Positions 10,201 to 20,122 of a DNA stretch of 64,000 nucleotides are shown here, in pieces. How positions within the stretch are numbered: position 1 is the first letter of the stretch; each line of letters starts with the position of its first letter. A program made the position numbers and the translations under genes. The stretch covers positions 32,001-96,000 of IMG/VR virus record IMGVR_UViG_3300033066_000778. The stretch is one strand, 5' to 3'. Under the pieces are notes generated by a model, which had not been told where the DNA came from, ran no database searches, and was given only the letters and a program-made list of their open reading frames with translations. The DNA is from a virus (taxonomy: Duplodnaviria > Caudoviricetes).

Positions 10201-12392
10201 TCAATGCTATTTGACCCTGCTCCTGCTGTAGCAAACTGAGTATTTTGAAGCGTAATAGCACTATTACCGGGACCACCAGAACCACCACTGACGTTTATAA
10301 CTAAATTGAAGCTCCTTCTAAGAACCTCAACTCCTGTCATAGGGTATTGTTGTATAGCTTCTACGATTACTGTATACGCTCCGCTAGCTGTAGGCGTTCC
10401 GGAAATGAGTAGTTTTGGCCTATATTTTTCGCCAGATAGCGCACTCTTTGAGAAACTTAAGCCAGGAATCGACCCTGTTACGACATATTGTATTTTAGTG
10501 TCGTTCCATGCTGTTCCGGGTTCCCCGTTTCCACCAACATCAGGAAGGTCAAATGCTACTTTATAAGGACCATATGCCTGATCCTTCGTAGCAGCATTCA
10601 TAGTGATCGTCTTTGTTATATCACTATAGCTAGAAACCCCTGTGCTATTTGCAGCATTATAGAGGATTTCAGGTGTGATATTAAGATATATCTCAGCTAA
10701 CTTTACATAAACAATGTCATCATCTGTTCCACGGAGTTCAATTATTTTATTAGTCGCTGGCGTTTGGTTCGGGTAGCTATACGCTTTAGTTGATAAATCG
10801 TTTTTTAAAGCTTTAAGCGTTATTTTCTTACCAATAGTATCATGACTAGTAATTACAAAGGATAAACCAAGGTCTAAAGACTTACCAACATAGTAAGGAA
10901 AACTTACACTACTAAGGTCAACCAAATATCCAGAACCAATATTAGTATAGAAGCTAACACCATAGAAATTAAGCTTATACTTTACAAAAGAGACGGGTTC
11001 CGCAGAGTAATCAAATACTAACTCATATGCAGTATTCACTTGTGTATACTGATTGTAAAATACATCAAATGTATTGCCGTCTGGGATTAATGGTGTTCCA
11101 TTAAATGTGGCAACTATATTGGTAGGTGAAGCCGTTCCAGTAGCCTCAATTGTTACAGGCGTAAGTGAGGAGTAAATCGTTCCACCAGAACCAAGTGTCG
11201 AGGCTGCGCGAATCGAGAATGAAGATATAGCAGCATTATCTGGAGTACCAGAAAAGTTTAGTGTAGCACCACTTCTAGTAATCGTTAGCCAAGAAGGAGC
11301 TATACCAACAACTTCAAATCCGAATGAAGAGTTTCCGTCTCCACCAGCGATGGTCAGTGAACCACTATATGGCGTTCCTACCGTCGCCGTTGATGGAACT
11401 GTTCCCCTTACTACTACATTTGGTGTGATCTGGAACGTAAGAGCAAGTGATCCAGCGACTGATCCACCGGATAATGCTCCGAGAGATGGACCAGTAAACG
11501 TACCATAAACAGTTGGCGTTCCAGTAATAACGCTTTGGTTTCCAACTTGAGTAAATACTAAACCAGTAGGTAGCGTACCTGTTAAGTTCCATGAGTATGA
11601 ACCAGAACCACCAGACGCTCCATAAACAATTTGTGCTGCTTCTTCTTGTAAAAGTGTGATTGGATTCTGTGACGTTTTTGAAATCGTCAAAGTTCCAGCA
11701 GACGCATTGTTGATGGTTAAGCTATATAGTGGTGTTACTGTTACTTGCTTTGAAACAGAGTCAGCAATCGTAATCTGAATGTTGGAATAAACACCAGATA
11801 ACGTTGGAGTACCCGTAATATAGAATGTATCGCCAGTTAACGACAAAACGTTCGTTGGCGTTGCTTGAACGACGGCTGTCCTTGATAGTCCGAGGCCAGG
11901 AGGAAGTCCTTGAGCCGTAAGTCTATAAGCACCAGAACCATTTGTGATGGAGAACGGTGCTGAGATATAACTGTTTTGTGTTAAACCAGTCGTGATTTCA
12001 AAGCTGTTATCCGGTGTTAGCATCAGTGAGTTGCCGCCGACGACGACAGTAACAACAGCAAAGTTATCAAACGTAACCAGACCGGAGATATATCTGGCTC
12101 GTACGTAGATACTGTAAGTACCCGCTAACGTTGGAGTACCAGAAATCGTTACTCCATTTAGCGGACCTACAGGTGCTGGGTAAGTTCCAGCATTGACGAC
12201 TACGCCAGGGAAGACTGTTGCCCCCGCAGGGAGAACAGACGAACTCCCCGGAGCAGCAACAAGGGCAATATCTACCGCGTACCCCGAGTTGTCATCACTG
12301 TAAAAATAGTCAAAGACTTGACTAAATGCCAAGCCTGTATTCGTGTAAATTACAAAATTTGGGTCGGGAGTAAGTACGCTTGTAACAGCCAT
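7266..12392 (-). CDS. Large Ig-repeat virion protein (He_PIG-like and IPT/TIG domains)
   Basis: Repeated LPxGLxL...ITGTPTxxGxY units and SITSFSPATGPVDGGTPVTINGTGF / PVITGIVPASGPSSGGNTVYV IPT/TIG units; 1708 aa. Confidence 0.8.
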   Translation of the reverse strand: MAVTSVLTPDPNFVIYTNTGLAFSQVFDYFYSDDNSGYAVDIALVAAPGSSSVLPAGATVFPGVVVNAGTYPAPVGPLNGVTISGTPTLAGTYSIYVRARYISGLVTFDNFAVVTVVVGGNSLMLTPDNSFEITTGLTQNSYISAPFSITNGSGAYRLTAQGLPPGLGLSRTAVVQATPTNVLSLTGDTFYITGTPTLSGVYSNIQITIADSVSKQVTVTPLYSLTINNASAGTLTISKTSQNPITLLQEEAAQIVYGASGGSGSYSWNLTGTLPTGLVFTQVGNQSVITGTPTVYGTFTGPSLGALSGGSVAGSLALTFQITPNVVVRGTVPSTATVGTPYSGSLTIAGGDGNSSFGFEVVGIAPSWLTITRSGATLNFSGTPDNAAISSFSIRAASTLGSGGTIYSSLTPVTIEATGTASPTNIVATFNGTPLIPDGNTFDVFYNQYTQVNTAYELVFDYSAEPVSFVKYKLNFYGVSFYTNIGSGYLVDLSSVSFPYYVGKSLDLGLSFVITSHDTIGKKITLKALKNDLSTKAYSYPNQTPATNKIIELRGTDDDIVYVKLAEIYLNITPEILYNAANSTGVSSYSDITKTITMNAATKDQAYGPYKVAFDLPDVGGNGEPGTAWNDTKIQYVVTGSIPGLSFSKSALSGEKYRPKLLISGTPTASGAYTVIVEAIQQYPMTGVEVLRRSFNLVINVSGGSGGPGNSAITLQNTQFATAGAGSNSIDFKTTAGGTYYIKTKVKHQASDATPNSVWFLTGFDTNIPSIGSDFEEPPASGDYYHIYGPFSQDTFYRLYIIPLDFITTYSAVYPFTLTFQVSTSSDTTSFGTSKQFTVKYYDEAGPSNYVTYSGASYQIVNPYVYMFEGQSFTVRGVPTDWDSKTLAAIKGDWKLSKAPGFALPPVGSLQSGTGLSNVYTLPASTLSSVPGNCAIEYNAYETNVVSGEVITAGYANTWFLTLPRSDANFNLNCQEGTCTFNASAVGDTYTLTPTGGSGTFVYSSYYNISTDFPWLTIENVNGNCVLRVTGEITQSITKTIIIKAVRNNNAITSKVVKVVGDPSGGGGGITTVDSITPSTYSITGPELTGVTVTGTNLAAVDFIRIRLQGTGVYQNYVPTSNTGTVIEITLNAGGVPWGGAAGLCDIEAITADATILAILAGAFTWSATPVLSVGTVSPNSIQAIGSPIDKVIQVTGTNFNNSCKVLYDPKGNVGDRIELVTTYNSGVLSATIPSVWLGVDDIYATNTVNVKDYLSGAVTTSGANIAIVPTSVSISTGSLPNAVIGSAYSTSLAAEGGVSPYVNWTVNPALPDGLSLNSSTGAITGTPLVTALTKDLVFSVQDSAVPAQNASKALTISVTGGASISIVTSSLFQATIGSPYSMTLQATGGVLPYSWSVTSGQLPAGITLSSSGVLSGTAASNNTPGNYTFTVRVQDSTGGTPLSATTTFTLILNTQQSAVSITSFSPATGPVDGGTPVTINGTGFASGVTVYFGNNVARNIQLLNNGTTITCVTPAASSQINPLDLVVYLRVVNTDGGQATSISTYEYTIQSVPTIISIDKQDGPFSGGQAVVLYGTNFTSDVVFKFGLDFGSSFNATITSVDLQSNPQRIYATTPTWSLPHDNVGRVDVNLYVQNSSGIGTLSAGDNGYTYRAAPVITGIVPASGPSSGGNTVYVLGRYFFSRGASKPRVFIGSVEVPPENIILVEE

Positions 12393-13556
12393 TTAGAACT
12401 CCGATGAGAACGTTTTATTGAATTGTGATATTGGGAACTTACCGTTTTCTTCCGTTGAGATAACTTCTCCGGAAAAAATACCGTTTTCAGAACAGATTAA
12501 TGTCTTGTTTATGTTCAAGTTACCTGAGACGGAAACGTCACCGTTTAATATAATGTTTTCTGCATTGATTTTCAATAGCGAGGTAGCTTCGATATTTACC
12601 GTACCTGTATTGCCATCAATGAGAAGTTTTGATTTGATCTTTCCGTTTTCAATAACTTCGATCGAGAATAGGCTATTACCGGATGACATGTCAAGAATTA
12701 CGGTAGCTTTACCTAAATTCTCCTTGTTTCCAGCAACGACTTCTCGGCTATCAGAATCATAATCACCTTGTTTAGAAATGATTTTGATTCCGTTTGAATT
12801 CTTCTTTGTCTTTAGTGTTATACTCTGTCCACCAATATCGACAATTGATACTTCGGCCCCATCGGTAATAGTAGACTCAATTGGAAGAGGATCACCATCC
12901 TTGGCAGTTCTTAGTCCTCTTTGTGCGTAGTTAAATGTATTCGTTGGATATGTATCTCCGCTGGAACCCTCGCGTATTGGAGAGTCCATGAAAATACCTT
13001 GTCCACTTCGGTCAATGATGTTAAAGTGTTCTACTTCATCCCGTTCTTCAACATCTAGTGTAGTTCCTTTCATGGACTTAAAAGGAACCATTCGTTCTGG
13101 TCTGTAGTTTACTTGTTGTAGGAATTCATCCGGTCCTTCTGTCCCTGGAGGCGATGGGGCAGGCTTATCCGGTGAAGGCGACATACTAATAGGGCCTTCG
13201 GGAAGTTTCTTTGATGAATCTCTCAGTAACGGAGAGTATTCAGATGGTACGCTATCAACAGTACCAATTACTAAGGGCCATTCTCTGTTACCTGCTTCAA
13301 AGATAACAATTACTTTTGATCCAACGGGAGGAACTACCCTTGAACCGAAACCGTGACCACCACCGAAAGACTGTACTACTTGAGCCCATGGAAGTTGATC
13401 TGTTGCAACTTCTTTTACATAACCCCATAAGGCTGGGATACGAACTCTGACTCTTCCAAGCTGCATTGGATCATTGATGTATTCTACATAGCCAATGTAG
13501 AAACCATTCCAATTACCAGGATCGTCTATTCTATCTTTGTATTGTGAAAAGCCCAT
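12393..13556 (-). CDS. Baseplate central spike (T4 gp5 / P2 gpV OB-fold type)
   Basis: GxVEYINDPMQLGRVRVRIP...LPWA...VPPVGSKVIVIFEAGNREWPLVIG OB-fold signature; C-terminal beta-strand repeats; no lysozyme domain seen. Confidence 0.9.
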   Translation of the reverse strand: MGFSQYKDRIDDPGNWNGFYIGYVEYINDPMQLGRVRVRIPALWGYVKEVATDQLPWAQVVQSFGGGHGFGSRVVPPVGSKVIVIFEAGNREWPLVIGTVDSVPSEYSPLLRDSSKKLPEGPISMSPSPDKPAPSPPGTEGPDEFLQQVNYRPERMVPFKSMKGTTLDVEERDEVEHFNIIDRSGQGIFMDSPIREGSSGDTYPTNTFNYAQRGLRTAKDGDPLPIESTITDGAEVSIVDIGGQSITLKTKKNSNGIKIISKQGDYDSDSREVVAGNKENLGKATVILDMSSGNSLFSIEVIENGKIKSKLLIDGNTGTVNIEATSLLKINAENIILNGDVSVSGNLNINKTLICSENGIFSGEVISTEENGKFPISQFNKTFSSEF

Positions 13557-15064
13557 TATTGTTTACTCGGTATCGTTTTTAGTGGGTCGGTGTAAATTGC
13601 TTGCCGTGAAGCTGTAATCAGTCTGAGTTTAGTCGTATATCTTCCTGGTGTTATGTTGTGAGAGATCCCGATGATTCTAAAGTATCCGGAAATCCAGTGT
13701 ACAAGTTTTTGACTTTCTGAATTCTGCGTTGGCGAAAAGATTAAGACAGCCACTTTATCAAAGATCTTGAAAGCCTTTGGATTTCCTACTATCTCTACTT
13801 CAGCCTGTAATGCTCCCATTACCAGTTCCGTTTGCTTATTCGTTTCTGAGATAATCTGGAGCATCGTGTTAGATCCTGGTGTATAGGACGTTGTAAATTT
13901 CTTTCCAAACGTCTGTGTTGGGTCGTCCTTCATTTTTTCTTGTGTATTGACCTGACCGCCACCTGTTTGGTCCGTCATAATGGCTGTATCTGAGGCTTTC
14001 TTTACCTGACTTAATGTACTCTTGTTTAAGTCAATTACAGAAGAGAAAGAACCCGATCCGCCTGAGATATTCGCAACCGTTTGATTCCACAAAGGACTGA
14101 AGTTTATCAATGCCGAGTTCTTGTCACGGAACATTGTAAAGGCAGGGACTAATCCTGAATCATTCTTGTACTTATAGTACATTGTATGAAAGTGAAACTC
14201 AACGTCATTCGTATCTGGGTTCGTATGAATGTAGTACTGATAGTTTCCTTGGTTTCCTTCAGCACTTAAGGCATACTGAGCAAGAGTGTTTATAATGAAC
14301 TCTAGATCAGTTTGGCCTGCTTGTTGGAAAATCTTTTGTACGAGTTCGGGTCCAGAAATCCCGTCTCTCGCTAAAACAGGTGCAGTTGGCTCAATAAAGA
14401 TATTCTGATCCTTAATCTTTATGTCACCAGTAGCATTTATATCTTTAACTATTTCTTTTACGATATCACTAATTAGCTGATTCTTTTCTCCAAAACCCTT
14501 AAACTTTTTCTGTAGATTAAGCTCAAAACCCGAAGCTAGACCAAAAATATGGATAATGATACCAGATTGTTTAAACTCAAGGCTATAACCTGTCGTAAGA
14601 ATCTTGAACCAAGCAGACATGAGCTTATCGGGGTAACCAAATCTGAGAGCAAACAAACCTCTATTTTTTACTAGTTTTTGCTCAATGTCTCCCCAAGTCG
14701 GGTCGAACAGTGAGATCTTTATTTTTGCTACTTCGTTTGTTAAGAAGTCACCAGTAAATGACAGTAGGTTTTGAGGAAGAACTTCAAAATAGTCTGTGTT
14801 ACTGTCTCTTAGATCTACAGTAAGAGTGTCTCCAGCCGATGTGCTTTCTAAACTAAAGAACTTGAGTAAAACCCTGGGTACATACGGTTGGGTTACTGGG
14901 TAGTACGCTGGATTATCTATTGTTACTTCTTCAACGTCGCTGAAAGGTTTTGGAGCAGCAACAGATGCAAAAGTATCGTTAGGAAGATTAAATCCTTTAG
15001 ATGCTGGTGTTAATGCCGTAAAAGCAGAGGCTAACCCTGTTGTCAGTGCTGGGTATTCAGGCAT
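13556..15064 (-). CDS. Baseplate hub protein (T4 gp27 / P2 gpD-like)
   Basis: QTDLEFI, EVEIVGNP and WISGYFRIIGISHNITPGRYTTKLRL motifs; upstream of spike gene. Confidence 0.75.
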   Translation of the reverse strand: MPEYPALTTGLASAFTALTPASKGFNLPNDTFASVAAPKPFSDVEEVTIDNPAYYPVTQPYVPRVLLKFFSLESTSAGDTLTVDLRDSNTDYFEVLPQNLLSFTGDFLTNEVAKIKISLFDPTWGDIEQKLVKNRGLFALRFGYPDKLMSAWFKILTTGYSLEFKQSGIIIHIFGLASGFELNLQKKFKGFGEKNQLISDIVKEIVKDINATGDIKIKDQNIFIEPTAPVLARDGISGPELVQKIFQQAGQTDLEFIINTLAQYALSAEGNQGNYQYYIHTNPDTNDVEFHFHTMYYKYKNDSGLVPAFTMFRDKNSALINFSPLWNQTVANISGGSGSFSSVIDLNKSTLSQVKKASDTAIMTDQTGGGQVNTQEKMKDDPTQTFGKKFTTSYTPGSNTMLQIISETNKQTELVMGALQAEVEIVGNPKAFKIFDKVAVLIFSPTQNSESQKLVHWISGYFRIIGISHNITPGRYTTKLRLITASRQAIYTDPLKTIPSKQ

Positions 15065-15417
15065 TATAGTACTAGTCCAAAAGAAATGGTATTTAAGTCT
15101 GGGATTCGAATTACACGACCAACGTACAACCCATCAATTCTATCTAACGGATTTACAATATCGTTAGCGTAGCAGATAGCCCATCCGAGTAATGGAGTAT
15201 TGTAGAACTCATATGAGATAGCATCCGGTCGGTAAGCAAAAGCTGTCGTTACATAAAAACTTTTGTCTGTTTCTTTCTCTGGGATAGAGATAGGGGTCCA
15301 TGATCCAATAAACTTTTTCTTTGTATCTGGATCAATATAAACAGGATGATTCAAGTAACGGCTATACTGTGTAGTCGTTGACTGTTGATTGACGGGTATT
15401 AGTTCTGATACTTTCAT
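15064..15417 (-). CDS. LysM-like baseplate wedge protein (T4 gp53 / P2 gpX-like)
   Basis: YRPDAISYEFYNTPLLGWAICYANDIVNPL...GRVIRIP motif. Confidence 0.85.
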   Translation of the reverse strand: MKVSELIPVNQQSTTTQYSRYLNHPVYIDPDTKKKFIGSWTPISIPEKETDKSFYVTTAFAYRPDAISYEFYNTPLLGWAICYANDIVNPLDRIDGLYVGRVIRIPDLNTISFGLVL

Positions 15418-16391
15418 TAGCGTCCAAAAATGCTTGAAACAGCACTTCCAACATTGGTTGAGATTATATTACTGAGGTTTCCACTTAGATAACTTGTAAC
15501 GCCGCCAACTCCAGGTATACTGTTTATACCGGGTATTGACTGTAATCCTGTTATAAGGGCTGAAGAAGCTAGATTAGACCCAGTATTTAGTGCGTTAAAT
15601 CCTAACGTAGATAAAACGGTGTTTAGACCACCTTGTAAATTACCTTGAACGCCACTTGAAACTAGAATGTTTACAATATCGTTTACGTTCATAGTTCCTA
15701 AAATTGACTTAAGTAGATCAATTGGTAGACCATCAGGTCCAGTTTCACTTCCACTAAGCAAAGCATCATTTGTTCTTGAATCTGATAGTTTTAAACTAAT
15801 CTGTTCCATTGAAGCAGGAATAGGCTTTACATCTTCAAACGTCAAATTAATCTGTACGCCATGTGGATTAATCCCTGCTGAACGGTCTACATCCCAAGGG
15901 TAATCTTGTGTTACAGAAGTTGAAACAGCCTTACAGACACCGTAAAAGTTAATGTAGTCTCCTACTTTAACAACACAGATAGGAGGAGGCTTTACAATAA
16001 ATCCTGTGTATACGGGATACACCAATGACTTACAGAATTGAACGCGTTCGTTGATTCGCTTAGGCGTCATCTCCTTATCGCTTTGTTCTGGGTTTGCAAA
16101 GAATTTAAGCGAGAAAGCCAGTGTTTCTGCTCCTGAATGAGAGTAAGTCTTAATTGGTGTTGACCGACCAAGTACGATGATATCACCATACATGGCAGCT
16201 TTACTATCCTGTATGGTATCTGGCATAAATTGAAAGGGTAATACGTCTTGTTGAATTACACCTTGTTTAAACCAGAAACGAGCAATAAAGGAAGAGTTAA
16301 CCGCAGAACGACTTAACCTTCCTTGACTACCACTAAACGCGCTCTGAACAAAAGAATTTGCTGCGCTACTGAGTATTGATCCTATTGACAT
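15417..16391 (-). CDS. Tail tube initiator-like protein (P2 gpU / T4 gp48-gp54 type)
   Basis: FQFMPDTIQDSKAAMY...GRSTPIKTYSHSG...PPPICVVKVG; located between tape measure and LysM-like gene. Confidence 0.7.
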   Translation of the reverse strand: MSIGSILSSAANSFVQSAFSGSQGRLSRSAVNSSFIARFWFKQGVIQQDVLPFQFMPDTIQDSKAAMYGDIIVLGRSTPIKTYSHSGAETLAFSLKFFANPEQSDKEMTPKRINERVQFCKSLVYPVYTGFIVKPPPICVVKVGDYINFYGVCKAVSTSVTQDYPWDVDRSAGINPHGVQINLTFEDVKPIPASMEQISLKLSDSRTNDALLSGSETGPDGLPIDLLKSILGTMNVNDIVNILVSSGVQGNLQGGLNTVLSTLGFNALNTGSNLASSALITGLQSIPGINSIPGVGGVTSYLSGNLSNIISTNVGSAVSSIFGR

Positions 16392-16394
16392 TTG

Positions 16395-19300
16395 TTAACT
16401 TAGCCTCAATGGTCCACCACCAGTGATATATTGTCCTTTGCTTAGATCTCCCCAGAACGGATTACTGTAAGAAGGCTGTTGAGCCTGAGCGCCCATTGGC
16501 TGTTGTCTTGGTTGCTTTAGTAAGGTTGCGATCTCTTTTAGTACGTTGTACGTTTGTTTGTCATGTACTTCTTGAAGTGTTTCAGCGTCTTCGCGTTTTA
16601 CTTCTGGTTTTACTATGGTATTTTGAGAGACAGAATCAGTTGGTTTCTCTTGCGCAACAACTGAAGAAGTATCCGGAATAGTTATAGCACCACCAACTGA
16701 AGATTTAGGTGCGACAATATTTTCTGTACCCGTTTGTCCACCACTTCGTGTCGTAGAAACCGTGTTATTAGGAAGGGTTGCTATTACTGTTAAGGGCCTA
16801 CCTGTATCCGCACTCTTTAATGCCGTACCTAGTTCGCCTTGTTTTTTATCTGGTGACGCGGAGGTGGCTGTGTACGTTGCTTCCGTTGCATCCGTTGTTC
16901 CTGGGCTAAATTTATGTTTCGCTTTTGCTTGAGCGTTTAACTGCCTACCTAATGCCGTTAGTTCATCTCGTGAAAGTCGAGGTGAGTTATATTCTTTTGC
17001 TATCTTTTCGCCATACTCTTCTGCTTCTTTTGATATATCTCGTCCGTCAGGCGCGAACCATCGTCCACCCCTAGTATTAGCGCCTCTTGTTACAGTTCCT
17101 TCTCCTGAATGATACGTAACCCCAACTAATTGTGCTTGTTCGGGGGTCATTTCTCCGTCAGAAATACCGTAGAAGCGTTTGATATTGGTTAGTTTTTGTA
17201 AGGCTTTTTCTGTACTCTTTACAGGATCTTTCGCGTCTGCATCTGATAAGCCGTATTCACGGCGTGTCCCAGGAACGAATTGCCAAAGACCCATTGCTCC
17301 GGAATCTTTGTTTGTTCTACCAGAATCATATTGACCACCAGTTTCTATCCCCGCAATAACATCCGCTAATTTAGGGTCAAACTTGTTCTGTTGTGCTACT
17401 TGTTTTATTAGCTCTCTTACTTCAGCTTTACTACCAATTTCTTGCTTTTCTGTAAAGTTGCTAAGCCTCTCGTTGACCTCGCTCAATGCACCACGTAAGA
17501 AATGCTCTTGCCTTACAGAATATGGCATTGATGGAGCACCCTTGTCTAGTATCGTCCCCTTTATATGCTTTTCATAATCATCTTTAGTGGCTAGATAGTC
17601 CTTTATTTCTTTACTATACGTGTCTTTTAGTTTCTTTTGTTCAGCTTCATATTGTGTCTTTAGTTTAGTAAGATTCGCTTCAGATTCATCTGATTTCAGT
17701 TTATCCGCTGCTTCTAGTCTACCTTTAAAACTGTGAAATGTTTGATCAGAATATTGCCCAGTCTTATTTAGATGGATAAGCCTTTGCTCTATTTCTTGTT
17801 TCTGTTCTTTTGTCTTTATATCGTGTATGTCATTAATCAAGCGATCTTGAACAGCGTTATTTCGCTGATCGTCATGAATAGCTAAGTCTTCTTTTTCTTT
17901 TCTTTTTGCCTCTATTTTACTATTTATCCATGTTCCAATTGCTACCCCAGCCCCTCCAGCTAAAACAGCTAGGACGAGTGTTCCAAGAGATAGTGTAGCC
18001 GTTGAAGTTAATGCTGTAAGCACACCCTGTATCATACCACTAAACCCGCCAGAGGCTACAGTAGTACCTAATTGACGCGCCATTAACAATGCTTGGGAGG
18101 CTTGAGGGGCTGCGGCAGCTGCTGTACCGACTGCGGTAGTTGCTGCACCGGCAGCTTGTCCTAAAAGTGGATTAAACCTTCCTAATCCAACTAAGCTAAG
18201 TAGTAATTGACCTAAACGTCCAACACCTAGAGCATTAGAAATCGCTCTAACTACACCAGCGACTAACGGCCCAACAATGAACCCGGCAACGAGGGAAGCC
18301 ATCCCTAACCCACCGAGCCCTAACCCAGACCCGCCGGTTATTTTGTCTATAAAGTCAACGGCTTTCTTTATCCATTCTCCGACCTTACTCATTACGTTCT
18401 TAAAGTCAACGACAGCTTCTGAGAACTTCCTTACTATACGTGTTTCCATTTCAGTAAAGAACTGACTGATCTGTTGGTCTAACGTAACGAAAGGACGCTC
18501 GTACTTAATAGCAGCATTTTCTAAAGATTTAGACGCTTCTTTAAAGCTCTGTTCTATTTTTTGCTGCTCTAACTTACCATCTTTTTCCTGGTAAGTTCCT
18601 TTAGCCATTGCAGCGATATCTTGATTTGAAAATTCCTTTAGTCCAAAGACATCAGCTGTCTGTCGTCTAAGGTAAAGTTGCTCGTTAGAAGCGTTATCTC
18701 CACCCGTTTGGCTATAGATCTCTCTTGCCTTAGCAGCAAACTTAGCCATGTTACCGGAAGCATCGGCTGGATTAAGGCCAAGGATCATAGATTGAATGAG
18801 AGCATCTTCTGATCCCTCAGACATTCTATTCATCTTAGCTACAGTTTCATCTACGTTCATTCCCATTGCAGCTATAGCTTTGCCAACTTCCATAGAGTTC
18901 ACTACAAACTCTTGGGAAGCTTTAGAACTTAAGCCGTATGCTCTTGCAATGTTTGGTAGTACGTCAAGTAGCTTTTTGAACTGATCCGTCGTCATGTTAG
19001 ACTGACGGTAAACAGCTGTTGTACTTAACGCGAATTTTTCCATCTCCGCATAAGTAAGACCAAGTTTCTTATGGAAATCCATTAGAGTTGCTGCTGACTC
19101 TGCTATTGGAATCCCAATACCCTTAAACAGTCCAGCAGCACCTTCTGTTAAGTTTTTAATACTACCCGCAGTATTCTTACTATACTTTTCTGACTCTGAA
19201 GCATACGTGGCAAAAGACCCCATAGCTTCTTTTCGTTGCTCTGGGGTTAAACCAAAGGATAATGCAGTCTCAGGAACGATAGATTGAGTTAAAAGAGTAT

Positions 19301-19970
19301 CTTGATACTTCTTAAGATCGCCATTTGTATTAGTAATCTTAGTATGTAATTGACCTAGATAAGTATCGTACTCTTTCAGTCTACCTATGACATTAAAGAA
19401 AATACCAAAACTGGCAGTAAGCCCTTGAGCTACTGCCGGTCCAGCCATCGCCTTTAACTTTTCAGAAAACGTGGAGAATGTCTTTGTAGTTTCTTTTGCT
19501 TGGTCGTCTACTTCTTTAAGGGCTTTCTTTGTTTTCTTTGACCCTTCTTCAGTCGCAGCAGTCGATTCCTTTACGGCAGCTGAAGCTTCGGTAGCAGCAG
19601 TTTTAATACTCTCGGATGTTTTTTTACTTGTTTCAGCTATTTTAGAGTGTGTTTTTTCACCGAGAGCCGTGATCATCTGCCCCATTTTTTCAATGGAGTT
19701 TGACCATTTATTTGATGTTTCAGAGATTTTTTTTAAGTTACTATTAAGTACATTAAGTCTTGAGTCAAAACCATTCGTAAAAGTTTTTAGTTGATCTTCT
19801 ATGCCCTTAAAAGAATCTTTAATTTCTTTTGCGGTTTCTTTTATGTCTGTACTAAAACCAATACGAATATCTGTACCAACAAGGCTACCACCACCAATAG
19901 GCGACTGTGATTTAGCCCCACCCTTTCCAAGTGGTTTTTGCGTATTTGATGGTGGTGTATTGTTAGCCAT
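16395..19970 (-). CDS. Tape measure protein with SLT lytic transglycosylase domain
   Basis: 1191 aa, helical Ala/Gly-rich with hydrophobic middle; SLT motifs DPKLADVIAGIETGG and SGAMGLWQFVPGT at about 17050-17420. Confidence 0.85.
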   Translation of the reverse strand: MANNTPPSNTQKPLGKGGAKSQSPIGGGSLVGTDIRIGFSTDIKETAKEIKDSFKGIEDQLKTFTNGFDSRLNVLNSNLKKISETSNKWSNSIEKMGQMITALGEKTHSKIAETSKKTSESIKTAATEASAAVKESTAATEEGSKKTKKALKEVDDQAKETTKTFSTFSEKLKAMAGPAVAQGLTASFGIFFNVIGRLKEYDTYLGQLHTKITNTNGDLKKYQDTLLTQSIVPETALSFGLTPEQRKEAMGSFATYASESEKYSKNTAGSIKNLTEGAAGLFKGIGIPIAESAATLMDFHKKLGLTYAEMEKFALSTTAVYRQSNMTTDQFKKLLDVLPNIARAYGLSSKASQEFVVNSMEVGKAIAAMGMNVDETVAKMNRMSEGSEDALIQSMILGLNPADASGNMAKFAAKAREIYSQTGGDNASNEQLYLRRQTADVFGLKEFSNQDIAAMAKGTYQEKDGKLEQQKIEQSFKEASKSLENAAIKYERPFVTLDQQISQFFTEMETRIVRKFSEAVVDFKNVMSKVGEWIKKAVDFIDKITGGSGLGLGGLGMASLVAGFIVGPLVAGVVRAISNALGVGRLGQLLLSLVGLGRFNPLLGQAAGAATTAVGTAAAAAPQASQALLMARQLGTTVASGGFSGMIQGVLTALTSTATLSLGTLVLAVLAGGAGVAIGTWINSKIEAKRKEKEDLAIHDDQRNNAVQDRLINDIHDIKTKEQKQEIEQRLIHLNKTGQYSDQTFHSFKGRLEAADKLKSDESEANLTKLKTQYEAEQKKLKDTYSKEIKDYLATKDDYEKHIKGTILDKGAPSMPYSVRQEHFLRGALSEVNERLSNFTEKQEIGSKAEVRELIKQVAQQNKFDPKLADVIAGIETGGQYDSGRTNKDSGAMGLWQFVPGTRREYGLSDADAKDPVKSTEKALQKLTNIKRFYGISDGEMTPEQAQLVGVTYHSGEGTVTRGANTRGGRWFAPDGRDISKEAEEYGEKIAKEYNSPRLSRDELTALGRQLNAQAKAKHKFSPGTTDATEATYTATSASPDKKQGELGTALKSADTGRPLTVIATLPNNTVSTTRSGGQTGTENIVAPKSSVGGAITIPDTSSVVAQEKPTDSVSQNTIVKPEVKREDAETLQEVHDKQTYNVLKEIATLLKQPRQQPMGAQAQQPSYSNPFWGDLSKGQYITGGGPLRLS

Positions 19971-20122
19971 TAGATTCCTTCTTCTAGTGCTTCAAGACCG
20001 TTAGACTCCTTTTTTCTACTTTTTAGCTCATCATAGAATATGTACAATTCATATAATGGCATCGTGTCCACGTCGTTATACGAGAATCTTCCGTATTGTA
20101 TTAGATCAAGCTGCATCTTCAT
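19970..20122 (-). CDS. T4 gp51-like baseplate hub/tail assembly protein, 50 aa (not in ORF track)
   Basis: MKMQLDLIQYGRFSYNDVDTMPLYELYIFYDELKSRKKESNGLEALEEGI; resembles the gp51 pattern (LMQ..xSxxEhxxMxPxE..hY); its TAA overlaps the tape-measure ATG (TAATG). Confidence 0.75.
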   Translation of the reverse strand: MKMQLDLIQYGRFSYNDVDTMPLYELYIFYDELKSRKKESNGLEALEEGI

